From: Paenibacillus turpanensis
GTDB taxonomy: Bacteria > Bacillota > Bacilli > Paenibacillales > YIM-B00363
Reading direction: 5' to 3'
Length of the DNA stretch: 64,000 bases
Assembly (NCBI RefSeq): GCF_011421635.1
Contig: NZ_WTLI01000007.1
Location: 42,232-106,231, forward strand
The translations under genes and the position numbers were made by a program. The first letter of the stretch is position 1, and every line of letters starts with the position of its first letter. Positions 21,775-31,442 of this stretch are shown here, piece by piece. The notes below the pieces were generated by a model. That model saw only the letters and a program-made list of their open reading frames with translations, had not been told where the DNA came from and did not search any database.

Positions 21775-23126
21775 AATATTTTGTGTAAACTCTCAAAACC
21801 AAATCTAGTAAACTAGAAGAAAGGTCGGTTTGAGAGGATGACACAAGTGGCACGGTTTAGCAAGGAACAGGTAAAAGTATTCGTTAAAGAAAACAACCTG
21901 AAGACCATGGATGACGTACAATCTGCACTCAAGGAATTGTTTGCAGAGACGCTTCAGTCCATGCTGGAAGCCGAACTCGACACGGAACTCGGTTACGAGA
22001 AGCACGATGTGAAGAGCAAGGTGACCGCTAACAGCCGCAACGGCAAAACGAAAAAGACCGTCATTAGCGAATATGGTGAAGTGGAGATCCAAGTTCCGCG
22101 TGATCGTAACGGTGAGTTTGAGCCCATGATCGTGAAGAAGCATCAGTCGAATGTGACGGGGATCGAGGACCAGATTATCGCCATGTACGCCAAGGGTGTA
22201 AGTACACGCGACATCCAAGACCATCTGAACCGGCTCTACGGTATTGACGTCTCTCCTACGATGATCTCAAACGTAACCAACAAGATCGTACCTTTGATCA
22301 AGGAGTGGCAGAATCGCCCGTTGCAAGGCGTATATGCCGTTGTGTTCCTGGATGCCATTCACTTTAAGGTCAAGCAGGACGGAGCGATTGTGAACAAGGC
22401 GGCCTACATGGTCATCGGGATTGATCTGGATGGCAACAAGGACGTGTTGGGCATGTGGATTGGCGAGAATGAGTCCGCCAAGTTCTGGCTCAGCGTTCTT
22501 AACGATCTCAAAAACCGCGGCGTACAAGACATCCTCATCACATGTGTAGACAACCTGACGGGCTTCTCTCAAGCGATTATTGCCTGCTATCCGAAGACCG
22601 AGATCCAGAAGTGTATTATCCACCAAATCCGAAATTCCACGCGGTACGTGTCCTACAAGGACTTAAAGAGGGTTACTGCCGACTTAAAGCCGATCTATAA
22701 AGCCGCTACAGAAGAGGCAGCCTTGGTCGAACTGGATCGTTTCGAAGAGGCATGGGGAACCAAGTACCCGCTCATTATCCGCTCCTGGCGTAACAATTGG
22801 GACGAGCTTGCTACGTTCTTCAAATATCCCCCAGAGATCCGGAAACTCATCTATACGACCAACATCATTGAGAGTTACCATCGCCAACTCCGCAAAGTCA
22901 CCAAAGGAAAAAGCATCTTTCCCTCCGACGAAGCGTTGTGGAAGATGCTCTATCTGTCCACCATGGATGTGGTTCGGAAATGGACGGGCCGGGTTCAGAA
23001 CTGGGGACAAATGCTGTTACAGCTGTCCGTCTTTTTCCCCGATCGGGTCGGTCAACATTTACGGTAGGTAGGCCAACTCCCCCTCCCCGGGGGAGTTCCC
23101 TATAAATGAGTTTACACAAAATTATT
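21775..23126. mobile_element. IS256-family insertion sequence
   Basis: Single mutator-type transposase. Terminal inverted repeats AATA-TTTTGTGTAAACTC (left) and GAGTTTACACAAAA-TTATT (right), a 14-bp perfect core. About 1.35 kb, typical for IS256. No clean 8-bp target-site duplication was resolved. Confidence 0.8.
21838..23067 (+). CDS. IS256-family transposase (mutator type)
   Basis: 409 aa. Conserved IS256 transposase layout with a DDE region. Confidence 0.92.
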   Translation: MTQVARFSKEQVKVFVKENNLKTMDDVQSALKELFAETLQSMLEAELDTELGYEKHDVKSKVTANSRNGKTKKTVISEYGEVEIQVPRDRNGEFEPMIVKKHQSNVTGIEDQIIAMYAKGVSTRDIQDHLNRLYGIDVSPTMISNVTNKIVPLIKEWQNRPLQGVYAVVFLDAIHFKVKQDGAIVNKAAYMVIGIDLDGNKDVLGMWIGENESAKFWLSVLNDLKNRGVQDILITCVDNLTGFSQAIIACYPKTEIQKCIIHQIRNSTRYVSYKDLKRVTADLKPIYKAATEEAALVELDRFEEAWGTKYPLIIRSWRNNWDELATFFKYPPEIRKLIYTTNIIESYHRQLRKVTKGKSIFPSDEALWKMLYLSTMDVVRKWTGRVQNWGQMLLQLSVFFPDRVGQHLR

Positions 23127-23170
23127 GACAGACCCTGATCATATAATTTGATTACTTGGCTTATATAAAT

Positions 23171-23200
23171 CCACAAGCGATAATGCTTGTGGATTTTTTG
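23171..23200 (+). terminator. Hairpin terminator just outside the IS256 right end
   Basis: CCACAAGC-gataat-GCTTGTGG followed by ATTTTTTG. Confidence 0.5.
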
Positions 23201-23213
23201 TTCAAGCCCCCTT

Positions 23214-23236
23214 CGTAATACTTTCACCATGTTCGT
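23214..23236 (+). repeat. 23-bp direct repeat, copy 1 (in the hen1 upstream region)
   Basis: CGTAATACTTTCaCCATGTTCGT. Copy 2 at 30935-30957 differs at one position. A shared GATATCGTT 9-mer follows both at different distances. Confidence 0.6.
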
Positions 23237-23290
23237 CAGCATATATCTAAGGTAAGATATCGTTAACAAGTAGATTAGGAGTCGATCCAT

Positions 23291-24556
23291 ATGGCAATCG
23301 TCCAAATCAGATCCACCAATCCGCAGTTTTCATTTTTGATCAAGAAAAATCCGAACACTGGCATGCAGCTTCGCTCGATCCGCAGGGGCATGGCGTACGG
23401 CTGGTACACGGATGAACAGACGTATAACGTGTATTTCAAAGATGCGGACAATGAGATTTCCTATAAACAGCACGAAAATGACAACTTCGAATATCTGAAC
23501 GTGTCGAGGTACAATACACCCTTGTTTCCGCTGAATGCAATTAATGAATTTTTCTCTGCACCGCTTAAGGCACAAGACGAACGTGATGGTGACGGCTATG
23601 AACATACCTTTTTCATCAATATGATACATATCGAACTCGTCCGGTATATTGACTACTTCGAAAAGCATCTCAAGGATTTCACTTTCGAAATCACTCATCA
23701 TGCGCATAAGAGCTACTCTCTCACCGTTACGACGCAGAAGAGTCTATACCAATTGCTCCATGTGGTTAGTGTATTATGCTTATTCCTCTCTATGTTCGGA
23801 AACGAATATATCGATATCTCGGAAAGCATCCTGGATAAGTACATTAAGAGCATGAATGTGATAGATGCGCCGTTTTATATTCGCAGCCTGTTTGTACGAA
23901 ACTTCCTGAACTCCAGAGACCGGTTTCAAAAATACAAAGCGGAGCTTGAGAAAACGGGACGCTATGAAATTCGATTCGCATACGGTGGCACAGCGCTGCA
24001 GCGGAGAAATTATATCGGAAGCGTGCTGGCTTTTGATAAGTCGATCTTGGACGTGGGCTGCGGAGAAGGATTCTATGCGATTCCTTTTGCGGGGAAAATT
24101 GAAGGCAGCTATTATGCGGTTGACGTTAATGAGGAGCTGCTGGAGAAGGTACAGCGTAAAGCGGAGGCCAAAGAGATCGATAACATCGTTACATTCGGCT
24201 CAATTGACCAATTCCTGGAGAGCTACAACGGGGAGCAGGTTGATGTGATCCTGACCGAGGTTATCGAACATATGAGCCAGGATGAGGCTAAACAGCTGAT
24301 TCACCAGATTTGTACTCATGTTGATTTTGACAGATTCATCATTACGACGCCTAATGCCGACTTTAACCGCTTCTACGAGCTGAGCGACTTCCGGCATGAT
24401 GATCACAAGTGGGAAATGGGCCAAGAGGCGTTCCAACATTGGATGCAAGATGTCATCCATGATACGAATTTACATGCCGAATTTGTTGCTGTCGGGGACG
24501 GCGTGAACAATATTCAAACTACACAGGGTGTTATTCTCAAGAAAAGGGGGGCCTGA
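23291..24556 (+). CDS. hen1: Bacterial Hen1-type RNA 3'-terminal 2'-O-methyltransferase
   Basis: 421 aa. C-terminal class I SAM methyltransferase (ILDVGCGEGFY, AVDVNEELL, ILTEVIEHM). N-terminal domain of about 240 aa. Adjacent to Pnkp with a 3-nt gap, the hallmark Pnkp/Hen1 pairing. Confidence 0.8.
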   Translation: MAIVQIRSTNPQFSFLIKKNPNTGMQLRSIRRGMAYGWYTDEQTYNVYFKDADNEISYKQHENDNFEYLNVSRYNTPLFPLNAINEFFSAPLKAQDERDGDGYEHTFFINMIHIELVRYIDYFEKHLKDFTFEITHHAHKSYSLTVTTQKSLYQLLHVVSVLCLFLSMFGNEYIDISESILDKYIKSMNVIDAPFYIRSLFVRNFLNSRDRFQKYKAELEKTGRYEIRFAYGGTALQRRNYIGSVLAFDKSILDVGCGEGFYAIPFAGKIEGSYYAVDVNEELLEKVQRKAEAKEIDNIVTFGSIDQFLESYNGEQVDVILTEVIEHMSQDEAKQLIHQICTHVDFDRFIITTPNADFNRFYELSDFRHDDHKWEMGQEAFQHWMQDVIHDTNLHAEFVAVGDGVNNIQTTQGVILKKRGA

Positions 24557-24559
24557 TCG

Positions 24560-27145
24560 ATGGATATCCAAACGAAGGTTCACACGATTTTCATGCTGGT
24601 TGGGTCAACGGAATGCGGCAAAACAACGTTCGCTAAGGAGGTACTGATTCCCGGTCTGCGATTTGAGGATATTAACCGGGGTGTCAGGGCCAATGTACAA
24701 TATTTATCCTCAGACCAGATCCGACAGGAGGTCCTTGGGTATGAGTATGACAAGTACGATCAGGTCATGCTCGAGGCTAGCGAACAAGCCTTTCACCTTT
24801 TATTTGAAAGATTGAGGATGACGACGTCTTTTCCGATCAATGCAGAGTTTGTTGTCGTAGATACAACTGGGCTCTCCGAGGATTTCCGGGCTAAGGTAAA
24901 GGAAATTGCATTTCAGAACAACTATAACCTTGAGGTCATCGTCTTCGATTACCGAAAGCGGGAAGATTACTATGCGTCGGAGCGCTCCAAGAAACTGATC
25001 ACCAATCACATCAATAGGCTGAAAAAGGAGGTCCTCCGCACGCTGCCCCGCGAGGGATACGGCAAGATTCATAAAGTGCGTGCAAAAGACTTTTATGTGG
25101 CCGAGGAGAGAAGGGCGAATCCCGAGTATAAAGTGATCACCGAAGATGTGGATGCGTACTTGGCGAGTATTCTCCCCCAGGACCAGCAGTACATTATAAT
25201 CGGTGACGTTCACGAATGTGTGGAGGATCTGAAGGGGCTGCTGCTCGACCATGGTTACAAGATCGAAGCAGGAAAGCTGGTCGTGGCTGATAAGCTGAAG
25301 CATACGAAGCTGATTTTGGTTGGCGACTGGATTGACAAGGGCAAGCAGACGAGGGAAACCGTCGAGTTTCTGTATGATAACCAAGAACATTTTTACTTTG
25401 TGCTTGGGAACCATGAAAATTTTGTTAGCAAGTACATCAAGGGTGAGATTAGCAGTGTTGATCAAGAGCTGCTCGAAACGTATTTTGACTCGACGCAAAT
25501 ATTACTGAATGATCCTGAACTGCTGCAGAAATTTGAACATCTAGTCTCGATCTCGAAGCCATTTTATCGGTATGTTGGGGCCAGGGGGTCATCCTTCTAT
25601 GTCACTCACGCTCCATGCCGGAACAAGTACATCGGTAAGCTGGATACGAATTCGGTCCGGCATCAAAGGAATTTCCGAATCGACCGGGATGCTCCACTGG
25701 AGGAGCAGCTTGTTTTTCTTCAGGAGGAATCGGTCAAAAACCATCCCTATCACATTTTCGGACACGTCGCGGCAAAACAGTCTTTCCGGATCGGAAATAA
25801 GCTTCATATCGACACGGGCAGCGTACATGGCAATCTCTTGACCTCTGTCTCGATTTCGTATAAACCGTTTATGAAGTCTCATAAGTCCAGACAAGCGGTG
25901 ATTACCGAGGAGCTGCAAACCTTATTTAAAGTGGAACGAAAGGTCTCCATTCAAGATCTTGGGGAGGATGACATCCGCCGACTCCACTACTGCTCGCGTA
26001 ATAAAATCAATTTCATCTCCGGCACGATGTCTCCGGCGGATAAGAACGACGAGACGAATGAACTCGAGTCGCTGAAGCGAGGTCTTGATTATTTCCGGGA
26101 GCACGGTGTTCAGCAGGTGGTGCTGCAGCCGAAGTATATGGGATCCCGATGCAACGTGTATCTGCATAAGGACCTGGATCAGTGTTATGCTGTCAGCCGC
26201 AATGGTTATAAGATTAACCAAGTCGATTTGACGGAGATTTACGGCAAGCTGCTTCATAAATTCGGTGAGTATATGGAACAACGGAAGATTGCCATGCTCA
26301 TTCTGGATGGAGAGCTTCTGCCGTGGAAGGCGCTCGGTGAAGGGTTGATCGATAGACAGTTCAAGCCCATTGAGAAAGCGCTGGAGACCGAGTTGACCTT
26401 TCTGCAGCTACACGGCTTTGAAGAAGCATACAACAAGCTTATTGCCAAATACGAAGCAAGCGGATTTGAAAAGGACCAGCATCATATCGGAAAATCCGCC
26501 TTAAGCGAGAAGTATGGTCCAAGTGTGTACCAAAACTATAAGTACGTCCATGAGATTCAGGACACGTATGTCCCGTTGTCGGGGCATATGGAGGCCTATC
26601 AAACGTACAGAAGACAGCTGGAGCTGTATGCAGAAGATGAAGCAATGACGTATAAGCCGTTTGCCTTATTAAAGATCGTATATGAGGACGGGATCGAAGA
26701 AATTCCGGCATGGAAGACCTCCGAGATGTACGGATTTCTGTCGGAGGACGTGGGACCTGTACTGGATCTCTCCGAGCCGGGGTATCTGGAGCAGGCGGAG
26801 CTTTACTTTTCGAAGCTGACGATGGAGAACCATATGGAGGGGATCGTAATCAAGCCCGAGCTGTGGAACGGTAAAACGGTGCCTTATATGAAGGTGCGAA
26901 ATCCCGATTATTTGTCCATCATCTATGGGTACGACTACAAGTTTCCGCACAAGTACCGAAAGCTGCTCAAGCAAAAGAATGTGAATCAAAAGCTTCGTAC
27001 CTCGCTTAATGAGTACCAGCTGGGAATGCAAATGCTGGCGGTGCCATTGGATGAGATTGCGCCTGAGCATGTTGCCTATAAGGAGATCGCTGCTAATCTC
27101 TTGTTTGAAGTTGCACAGGAGCGGGAGATCGATCCGCGTTTATAA
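24560..27145 (+). CDS. pnkp: Polynucleotide kinase-phosphatase-ligase (Pnkp) of the Pnkp/Hen1 RNA repair system
   Basis: 861 aa, tri-domain. N-terminal P-loop kinase GSTECGKTT. Central calcineurin-type phosphoesterase with GDVHEC, GDWIDKG and GNHEN. C-terminal adenylyltransferase/ligase-like domain with a candidate motif-I lysine in PKYMGSR. Size matches Clostridium-type Pnkp at about 870 aa. Confidence 0.85.
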   Translation: MDIQTKVHTIFMLVGSTECGKTTFAKEVLIPGLRFEDINRGVRANVQYLSSDQIRQEVLGYEYDKYDQVMLEASEQAFHLLFERLRMTTSFPINAEFVVVDTTGLSEDFRAKVKEIAFQNNYNLEVIVFDYRKREDYYASERSKKLITNHINRLKKEVLRTLPREGYGKIHKVRAKDFYVAEERRANPEYKVITEDVDAYLASILPQDQQYIIIGDVHECVEDLKGLLLDHGYKIEAGKLVVADKLKHTKLILVGDWIDKGKQTRETVEFLYDNQEHFYFVLGNHENFVSKYIKGEISSVDQELLETYFDSTQILLNDPELLQKFEHLVSISKPFYRYVGARGSSFYVTHAPCRNKYIGKLDTNSVRHQRNFRIDRDAPLEEQLVFLQEESVKNHPYHIFGHVAAKQSFRIGNKLHIDTGSVHGNLLTSVSISYKPFMKSHKSRQAVITEELQTLFKVERKVSIQDLGEDDIRRLHYCSRNKINFISGTMSPADKNDETNELESLKRGLDYFREHGVQQVVLQPKYMGSRCNVYLHKDLDQCYAVSRNGYKINQVDLTEIYGKLLHKFGEYMEQRKIAMLILDGELLPWKALGEGLIDRQFKPIEKALETELTFLQLHGFEEAYNKLIAKYEASGFEKDQHHIGKSALSEKYGPSVYQNYKYVHEIQDTYVPLSGHMEAYQTYRRQLELYAEDEAMTYKPFALLKIVYEDGIEEIPAWKTSEMYGFLSEDVGPVLDLSEPGYLEQAELYFSKLTMENHMEGIVIKPELWNGKTVPYMKVRNPDYLSIIYGYDYKFPHKYRKLLKQKNVNQKLRTSLNEYQLGMQMLAVPLDEIAPEHVAYKEIAANLLFEVAQEREIDPRL

Positions 27146-27152
27146 TCGTGAT

Positions 27153-27192
27153 AGAGTGTCTGAGCCATTCTGTGGTTCAGGCACTTTTTTTC
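27153..27192 (+). terminator. Candidate terminator after pnkp (imperfect)
   Basis: GTGTCTGAGCC-loop-GGTTCAGGCAC followed by T7. Two stem mismatches. Confidence 0.4.
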
Positions 27193-27305
27193 GTTGCGGA
27201 ACGTTTGGGTAAGAATTAATTATTCCCATCTTCAGGGCAAAAGGTAAAGGTATAATGAAATTACTAGAAGACGGGAATAAGTTCTACAGGAAGAGAAGTG
27301 TAGCC

Positions 27306-27899
27306 ATGTTAAATCAAGCAGTTGAAAAAAGCTTAAGTAAATTCATGACCAAGATTCTTCGGCATACCCCTGAGGATTTTGGTGTTGTCCTAGATCCCGT
27401 GGATGGTTCGTGTCCGCTAAGCACTTTGCTGGAAGTCATCCAAGCCCAATCTCAATGGGGGTGGGTGAAAAAGGAACATATCGAACAGGTGGTACGCCAT
27501 TCGGATAAGCAGCGCTTTGAGATCGAAGGCGACCGCATAAGAGCCAGGTACGGCCACAGTCATAATAAAGTGCAATACACACCGGGCGTGCCTCCAGAGT
27601 ACGTCTACCATGGCACAAACAAGAAAGCCCTCCCATTGATCTTGAAGGATGGCATACGTCCGATGAGCCGTCAGTATGTTCATTTGTCGGAAGGCACCCA
27701 TTTTGCAGCACTCGCGGGCAGCCGCAGAGGCGAACTGGTGATTCTTAAGGTAGACACCGTAAGCGCACAGCAGCTGGGAGTCACGTTTTATTATGCGGGT
27801 AACGAAGTGTGGTTGGCTAATAGCGTGCCGCCAGGTTGTTGCTCCGTGATGGATAACAAGGAAAAGGAGCACTCAAATCATGAATCATTCAATTATTGA
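27306..27899 (+). CDS. kptA: RNA 2'-phosphotransferase (Tpt1/KptA family)
   Basis: LSKFMTKILRHTPEDFG, HGT..., YVHLSE motifs co-linear with E. coli KptA. Start at 27306 chosen by alignment to KptA's N-terminus and an AGGAAGAG RBS. The ORF track's longer alternative begins at 27255. Confidence 0.85.
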   Translation: MLNQAVEKSLSKFMTKILRHTPEDFGVVLDPVDGSCPLSTLLEVIQAQSQWGWVKKEHIEQVVRHSDKQRFEIEGDRIRARYGHSHNKVQYTPGVPPEYVYHGTNKKALPLILKDGIRPMSRQYVHLSEGTHFAALAGSRRGELVILKVDTVSAQQLGVTFYYAGNEVWLANSVPPGCCSVMDNKEKEHSNHESFNY

Positions 27900-28668
27900 T
27901 ATCGGCATCAATTTGATGCATCGTACATTCCATCAAGATCGTGATCAGGTCGTCGAAAGGGCACTGGACAACCATGTGACACCTCTTATCATTACAGGGA
28001 CAAGTTTGAGGAGCAGTCTAGAAGCAGCACGCTACGCCGGACGGTACCCGGAAAAGCTGTACGCTACTGCAGGAGTTCATCCTCATGATGCGAAGAACTG
28101 CAACGAGGAGACCATCGCGAAGCTGAAAGAATTGGCGGCATTACCGCAGGTTGTAGCCATCGGCGAATGCGGGCTGGATTATAACCGGGATTTCTCGCCG
28201 CGGGATGTTCAGCGCAAATGGTTCACGGAGCAGGTTCAGTTGGCGGTGGAGCTTAAAATGCCGCTGTTTCTGCATGAGCGGGAGGCTTTTTCAGACTTTG
28301 TTGCAATCCTAAAGGATAACGCGGTTCAAAAAGCGGTCGTTCATTGTTTTACGGGAACCTATGCAGAGCTTAAAGCTTACCTAGAAATGGGCTTCCATAT
28401 TGGCATTACCGGATGGATTTGTGACGAACGAAGAGGGAAGCATCTGAGGGACCTTGTCCGAATGATTCCGCTCGACAGGCTGATGATCGAGACGGATGCC
28501 CCCTTTCTGACTCCGCGGGATCTAAAGGAAAAGCCAGCGGAGGGACGGAACGAGCCTGCATTCCTGCCGCACATTCTGCAAACCGTAGCAACATGCATCG
28601 GCAGACCCGTGGAAGAGGTTGCTAAAGCGACAACGGAGACTTCAGTGGACTTTTTCGGTCTTTCGTGA
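27880..28668 (+). CDS. tatD: TatD-family metal-dependent hydrolase/nuclease
   Basis: 262 aa. HxH start (MHRTFH), VHPHDAK, GECGLDY, ETDAPF. Overlaps the kptA 3' end by about 20 nt, implying translational coupling. Confidence 0.85.
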   Translation: MNHSIIDIGINLMHRTFHQDRDQVVERALDNHVTPLIITGTSLRSSLEAARYAGRYPEKLYATAGVHPHDAKNCNEETIAKLKELAALPQVVAIGECGLDYNRDFSPRDVQRKWFTEQVQLAVELKMPLFLHEREAFSDFVAILKDNAVQKAVVHCFTGTYAELKAYLEMGFHIGITGWICDERRGKHLRDLVRMIPLDRLMIETDAPFLTPRDLKEKPAEGRNEPAFLPHILQTVATCIGRPVEEVAKATTETSVDFFGLS

Positions 28669-28698
28669 TCACAAGAGGAAGTTCAAAGGAGGACAGGA

Positions 28699-29943
28699 GT
28701 GCGATTAAATCAATTTCGTTATGATTTGGCCCGCGGGTTAGGGAGCGTCATGCTTTACTTGAAGCAATCTCCCAGACTCGCTAATAAGCATATTGATGCT
28801 ATATATCATGCTTGTATCAAGAATACCGCTTATGACCCCCAATGTGATATAAGCAGGGAAGATTATCTTTGGGAGATCATTCAGCTCTCCGAAGAATCCG
28901 AACAGCTACAAAAACGGATACTCGCCGCCTTGGAGAGCGATATAGATGGTTGGGATTTGCTGCAGGTATACCGCTTAGCGAAAATTTTTGCCCTTAAAAG
29001 TCATTCAACAGCAGTAGAAGCCATGAAGAAAGGATTCCGTTACCACGAAGATTGGAACAGCTTCATTGGCGGGGAAGAGATCATAGCGGTTGAAGGGGAG
29101 CAGGGCTTCTTGTTTGTGGCAAGCCGAATTGGGGAGCAAATATTGTCCTCCGACTATGAGGAGAGTAAATTTCTGCTGGAGTTCGCATATGAAAAAATAG
29201 GGGAAGAAAAGGTGACGGCTCTCCTTGAGAGCCAAGGTGATGCGAATATTCAGGCATTCGTGCAATCGTCAGTCCACCAGCAAGAATATACCCAATCGAA
29301 GCCGCTTCACATAGTGTCTTACAATGAGTTGAAGTCGACCATAGGAACGGGATCTGGAGGTCTATATCGCTACACCAGATGGGGGAAGCATGCCTCTAAA
29401 GAAGATCTGTTAAAGGCAGCTAACGATCTGCTGCAAGAGAGTAATTCAAAAATACTATTGCCCTATCTCTATATCTTCGCCAAAGCGGTTTTCCCGCTTG
29501 ATCCACAAAAGCTAATTGAATTAGCGGGTTCGAAAAATAGGCGTTTGCGCTCGCAGGCCATTAGAGTCCTAAGTAATATTAAGGATGAGCGGATCCACAA
29601 GCTTGCGATTAAGCTTGCCACGGAGCGGGCAACTGAAATTGATGCATTGGACCTTTTTATCCACAATTGTTCCGATGAAGACGTACACCTATTCGAGCAA
29701 ATTGTTTTCAAGAATCATAGTAGGGATACGTTTCATAGTGCTGGGTTCAGCATTCTTAAAATATTCGAAAATAACCGAACTCCATTATGCCGGAAGATTC
29801 TAATTGAACTTTATAAGAAGGCACTTTGCACCTTTTGTCGACAGCGCAGTGTAGAAATCATGGTACTAAATGGCATACTGCCGGATTCTATTCAAAATGA
29901 AATCCTGCACGATTGTAATCCGGATATTCGTGTCTTGGGATAA
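28699..29943 (+). CDS. Hypothetical alpha-helical (HEAT/ARM-like?) protein in the RNA repair cassette
   Basis: 414 aa, no recognisable catalytic motifs. GTG start with AAGGAGGA RBS, 30 nt after tatD. Lower GC than neighbours. Confidence 0.6.
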   Translation: MRLNQFRYDLARGLGSVMLYLKQSPRLANKHIDAIYHACIKNTAYDPQCDISREDYLWEIIQLSEESEQLQKRILAALESDIDGWDLLQVYRLAKIFALKSHSTAVEAMKKGFRYHEDWNSFIGGEEIIAVEGEQGFLFVASRIGEQILSSDYEESKFLLEFAYEKIGEEKVTALLESQGDANIQAFVQSSVHQQEYTQSKPLHIVSYNELKSTIGTGSGGLYRYTRWGKHASKEDLLKAANDLLQESNSKILLPYLYIFAKAVFPLDPQKLIELAGSKNRRLRSQAIRVLSNIKDERIHKLAIKLATERATEIDALDLFIHNCSDEDVHLFEQIVFKNHSRDTFHSAGFSILKIFENNRTPLCRKILIELYKKALCTFCRQRSVEIMVLNGILPDSIQNEILHDCNPDIRVLG

Positions 29944-29982
29944 GAAGCACAAACGCCGGGCTTCCATGACCGGCGCATTTAC

Positions 29983-30270
29983 TTATTTTCTTCTATAGTA
30001 CCTTTCCCAATCTTGAATGACTTCTGCTTTATTCAATAACCGCTTCCTCAGGCACTGGGATGTTTCCCATTCATGTATTGCTTGCTGCTTTGTTTTGAAA
30101 AAGCGATAGTCACAGATATTCCAGGAGCAGAACAGCTTTCGGTACCATTTACCGTTTTGGACATTACCAGTGAAACGGCGAACAGCCTTATTTGCTTGTC
30201 GTTTGCTCCAGCGGGTGCCGGGTGTATGATGGTCTTTCCATGCGGGTGATTTTTTCACACTATTACTCAT
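29983..30270 (-). CDS. Hypothetical small basic protein
   Basis: 95 aa. AAGGAGGGG RBS 8 nt upstream on the minus strand. No recognisable family. Confidence 0.45.
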   Translation of the reverse strand: MSNSVKKSPAWKDHHTPGTRWSKRQANKAVRRFTGNVQNGKWYRKLFCSWNICDYRFFKTKQQAIHEWETSQCLRKRLLNKAEVIQDWERYYRRK

Positions 30271-30934
30271 TTGGCTCTCTAACCCCTCCTTACGGGAAGC
30301 TAGAGACCGTCTAATTTCTTCATTTACTCACCTCATCCAGAGTATAATGGCTTTTGAAAGTATTAAACGCTAACCATGAATATATGTTTCTTAGTGGATT
30401 TGTCTATAATGATTCTTTACTAACACTGGTCACAAGATATAGTACGATTTAGTTGGATTTTTTATGGAGGAAAGTGCATGAGGTTCCTATTTTGTTTTCA
30501 TTGACCTTTATCCTTTTCATCCATACTTTACTCCTCCAAGTTACGAAGATAGCTCTTTGTCGGCCGTAACAACCCCATAACGTTCCAAAGTTTTCGTCTA
30601 TGCTTCGAGCATTCTCCTCCTCAAATGATTACCCTCGATAACCCGAACCAGAACCCGATTCCCGTGAAAACGGATTTCTTCAGTCGGTTGCTCATAAAGG
30701 CTTGATACCGGGTGTGATACCGGAGCAAATACCATACCTGTTTGATCATGGAGTGTAGCAGCATAACTGCTGCCGATTGAAAGCACCGCTTGTCAGCATC
30801 AGCATCCGCAGGAACTGGATTTGTTTATCAAAAGCTCTCCTCTCCTTAACCAAAAGAATTATCCGCCCAAAATACATTTTCTTCCATTTTGATAGGGGTG
30901 GGATTTGGGTGAAATGGAAAAGTTTATGCCGCCT

Positions 30935-30957
30935 CGTAATACTTTCGCCATGTTCGT
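30935..30957 (+). repeat. 23-bp direct repeat, copy 2
   Basis: CGTAATACTTTCgCCATGTTCGT, 22 of 23 identical to 23214-23236. Together the two copies bracket the hen1-pnkp-kptA-tatD-orf414 block. Confidence 0.6.
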
Positions 30958-31107
30958 TCCGGTAGAAAGGTGCGATTATAGAACCTGTAAGACACAAGGT
31001 TCTTATTCGGACGGTCGTAACGAGGCAGGGATATCGTTGTATCCCGCAGTGCCGTGCCTGTTAGGCTGCGGTATCCTGTACAATCGGATCGGATGGAGTC
31101 CACTATT

Positions 31108-31131
31108 TGGGGTTCGATTCCCCACTCGCCT
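31108..31131 (+). repeat. attR-like imperfect copy of the tmRNA T-arm and acceptor 3' end
   Basis: tGGGGTTCGATTCCCCaCTCGCCT versus tmRNA aGGGGTTCGACTCCCC-TCGCCT. A T-loop sequence TTCGATT is present, but no matching 5' acceptor strand upstream, so it is not a full tRNA. It is followed at about 31141-31170 by a tRNA-Lys-like D-loop and anticodon-arm fragment (TGGTAGAGCACTCGACTTTCAATCGAG). Confidence 0.5.
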
Positions 31132-31442
31132 TTGACGCGATTCTGGTAGAGCACTCGACTTTCAATCGAGCGAAAAAGTTGAAGAAGGACCAAAGGATAG
31201 AATCCCTGGCGGCTAGCATATGCGCACTGCAGCTCAGCCATGTAATCCGTGGATACCGATGAGCGGAACGCCGAAGACTTTTTTGGGATGGAAGAGACAA
31301 AAGGTTGGCTGAACGAGGGTCAATCTTCTGAACCCGATGTCCTTCAAAAACACCGTCAGACCGCTTATCTCAAACGGGATTCCGCCGGAGCTGCAGTGGG
31401 ATTCTTTCATCCAATGGTCAAATCATGAAGGGGGTAACAAAG

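Larger units (their letters stand above)
17860..31131. mobile_element. Genomic island integrated at the tmRNA 3' end (minimal extent; may extend to about 36.06 kb)
   Basis: Integrase sits immediately 3' of ssrA with a convergent excisionase. Content is compositionally heterogeneous, including a segment of about 30% GC. An imperfect copy of the tmRNA 3' end (GGGGTTCGATTCCCCaCTCGCCT, about 20 of 22 matches) lies at 31108-31131. Confidence 0.55.

Noticed and set aside
30300-31420. Scatter of 60-105-aa ORFs on both strands between orf95 and the SPFH gene
   Set aside because: They are mutually overlapping, with no RBSs or recognisable motifs. The region contains att-like repeats and tRNA-like debris, and is most likely a non-coding island junction.
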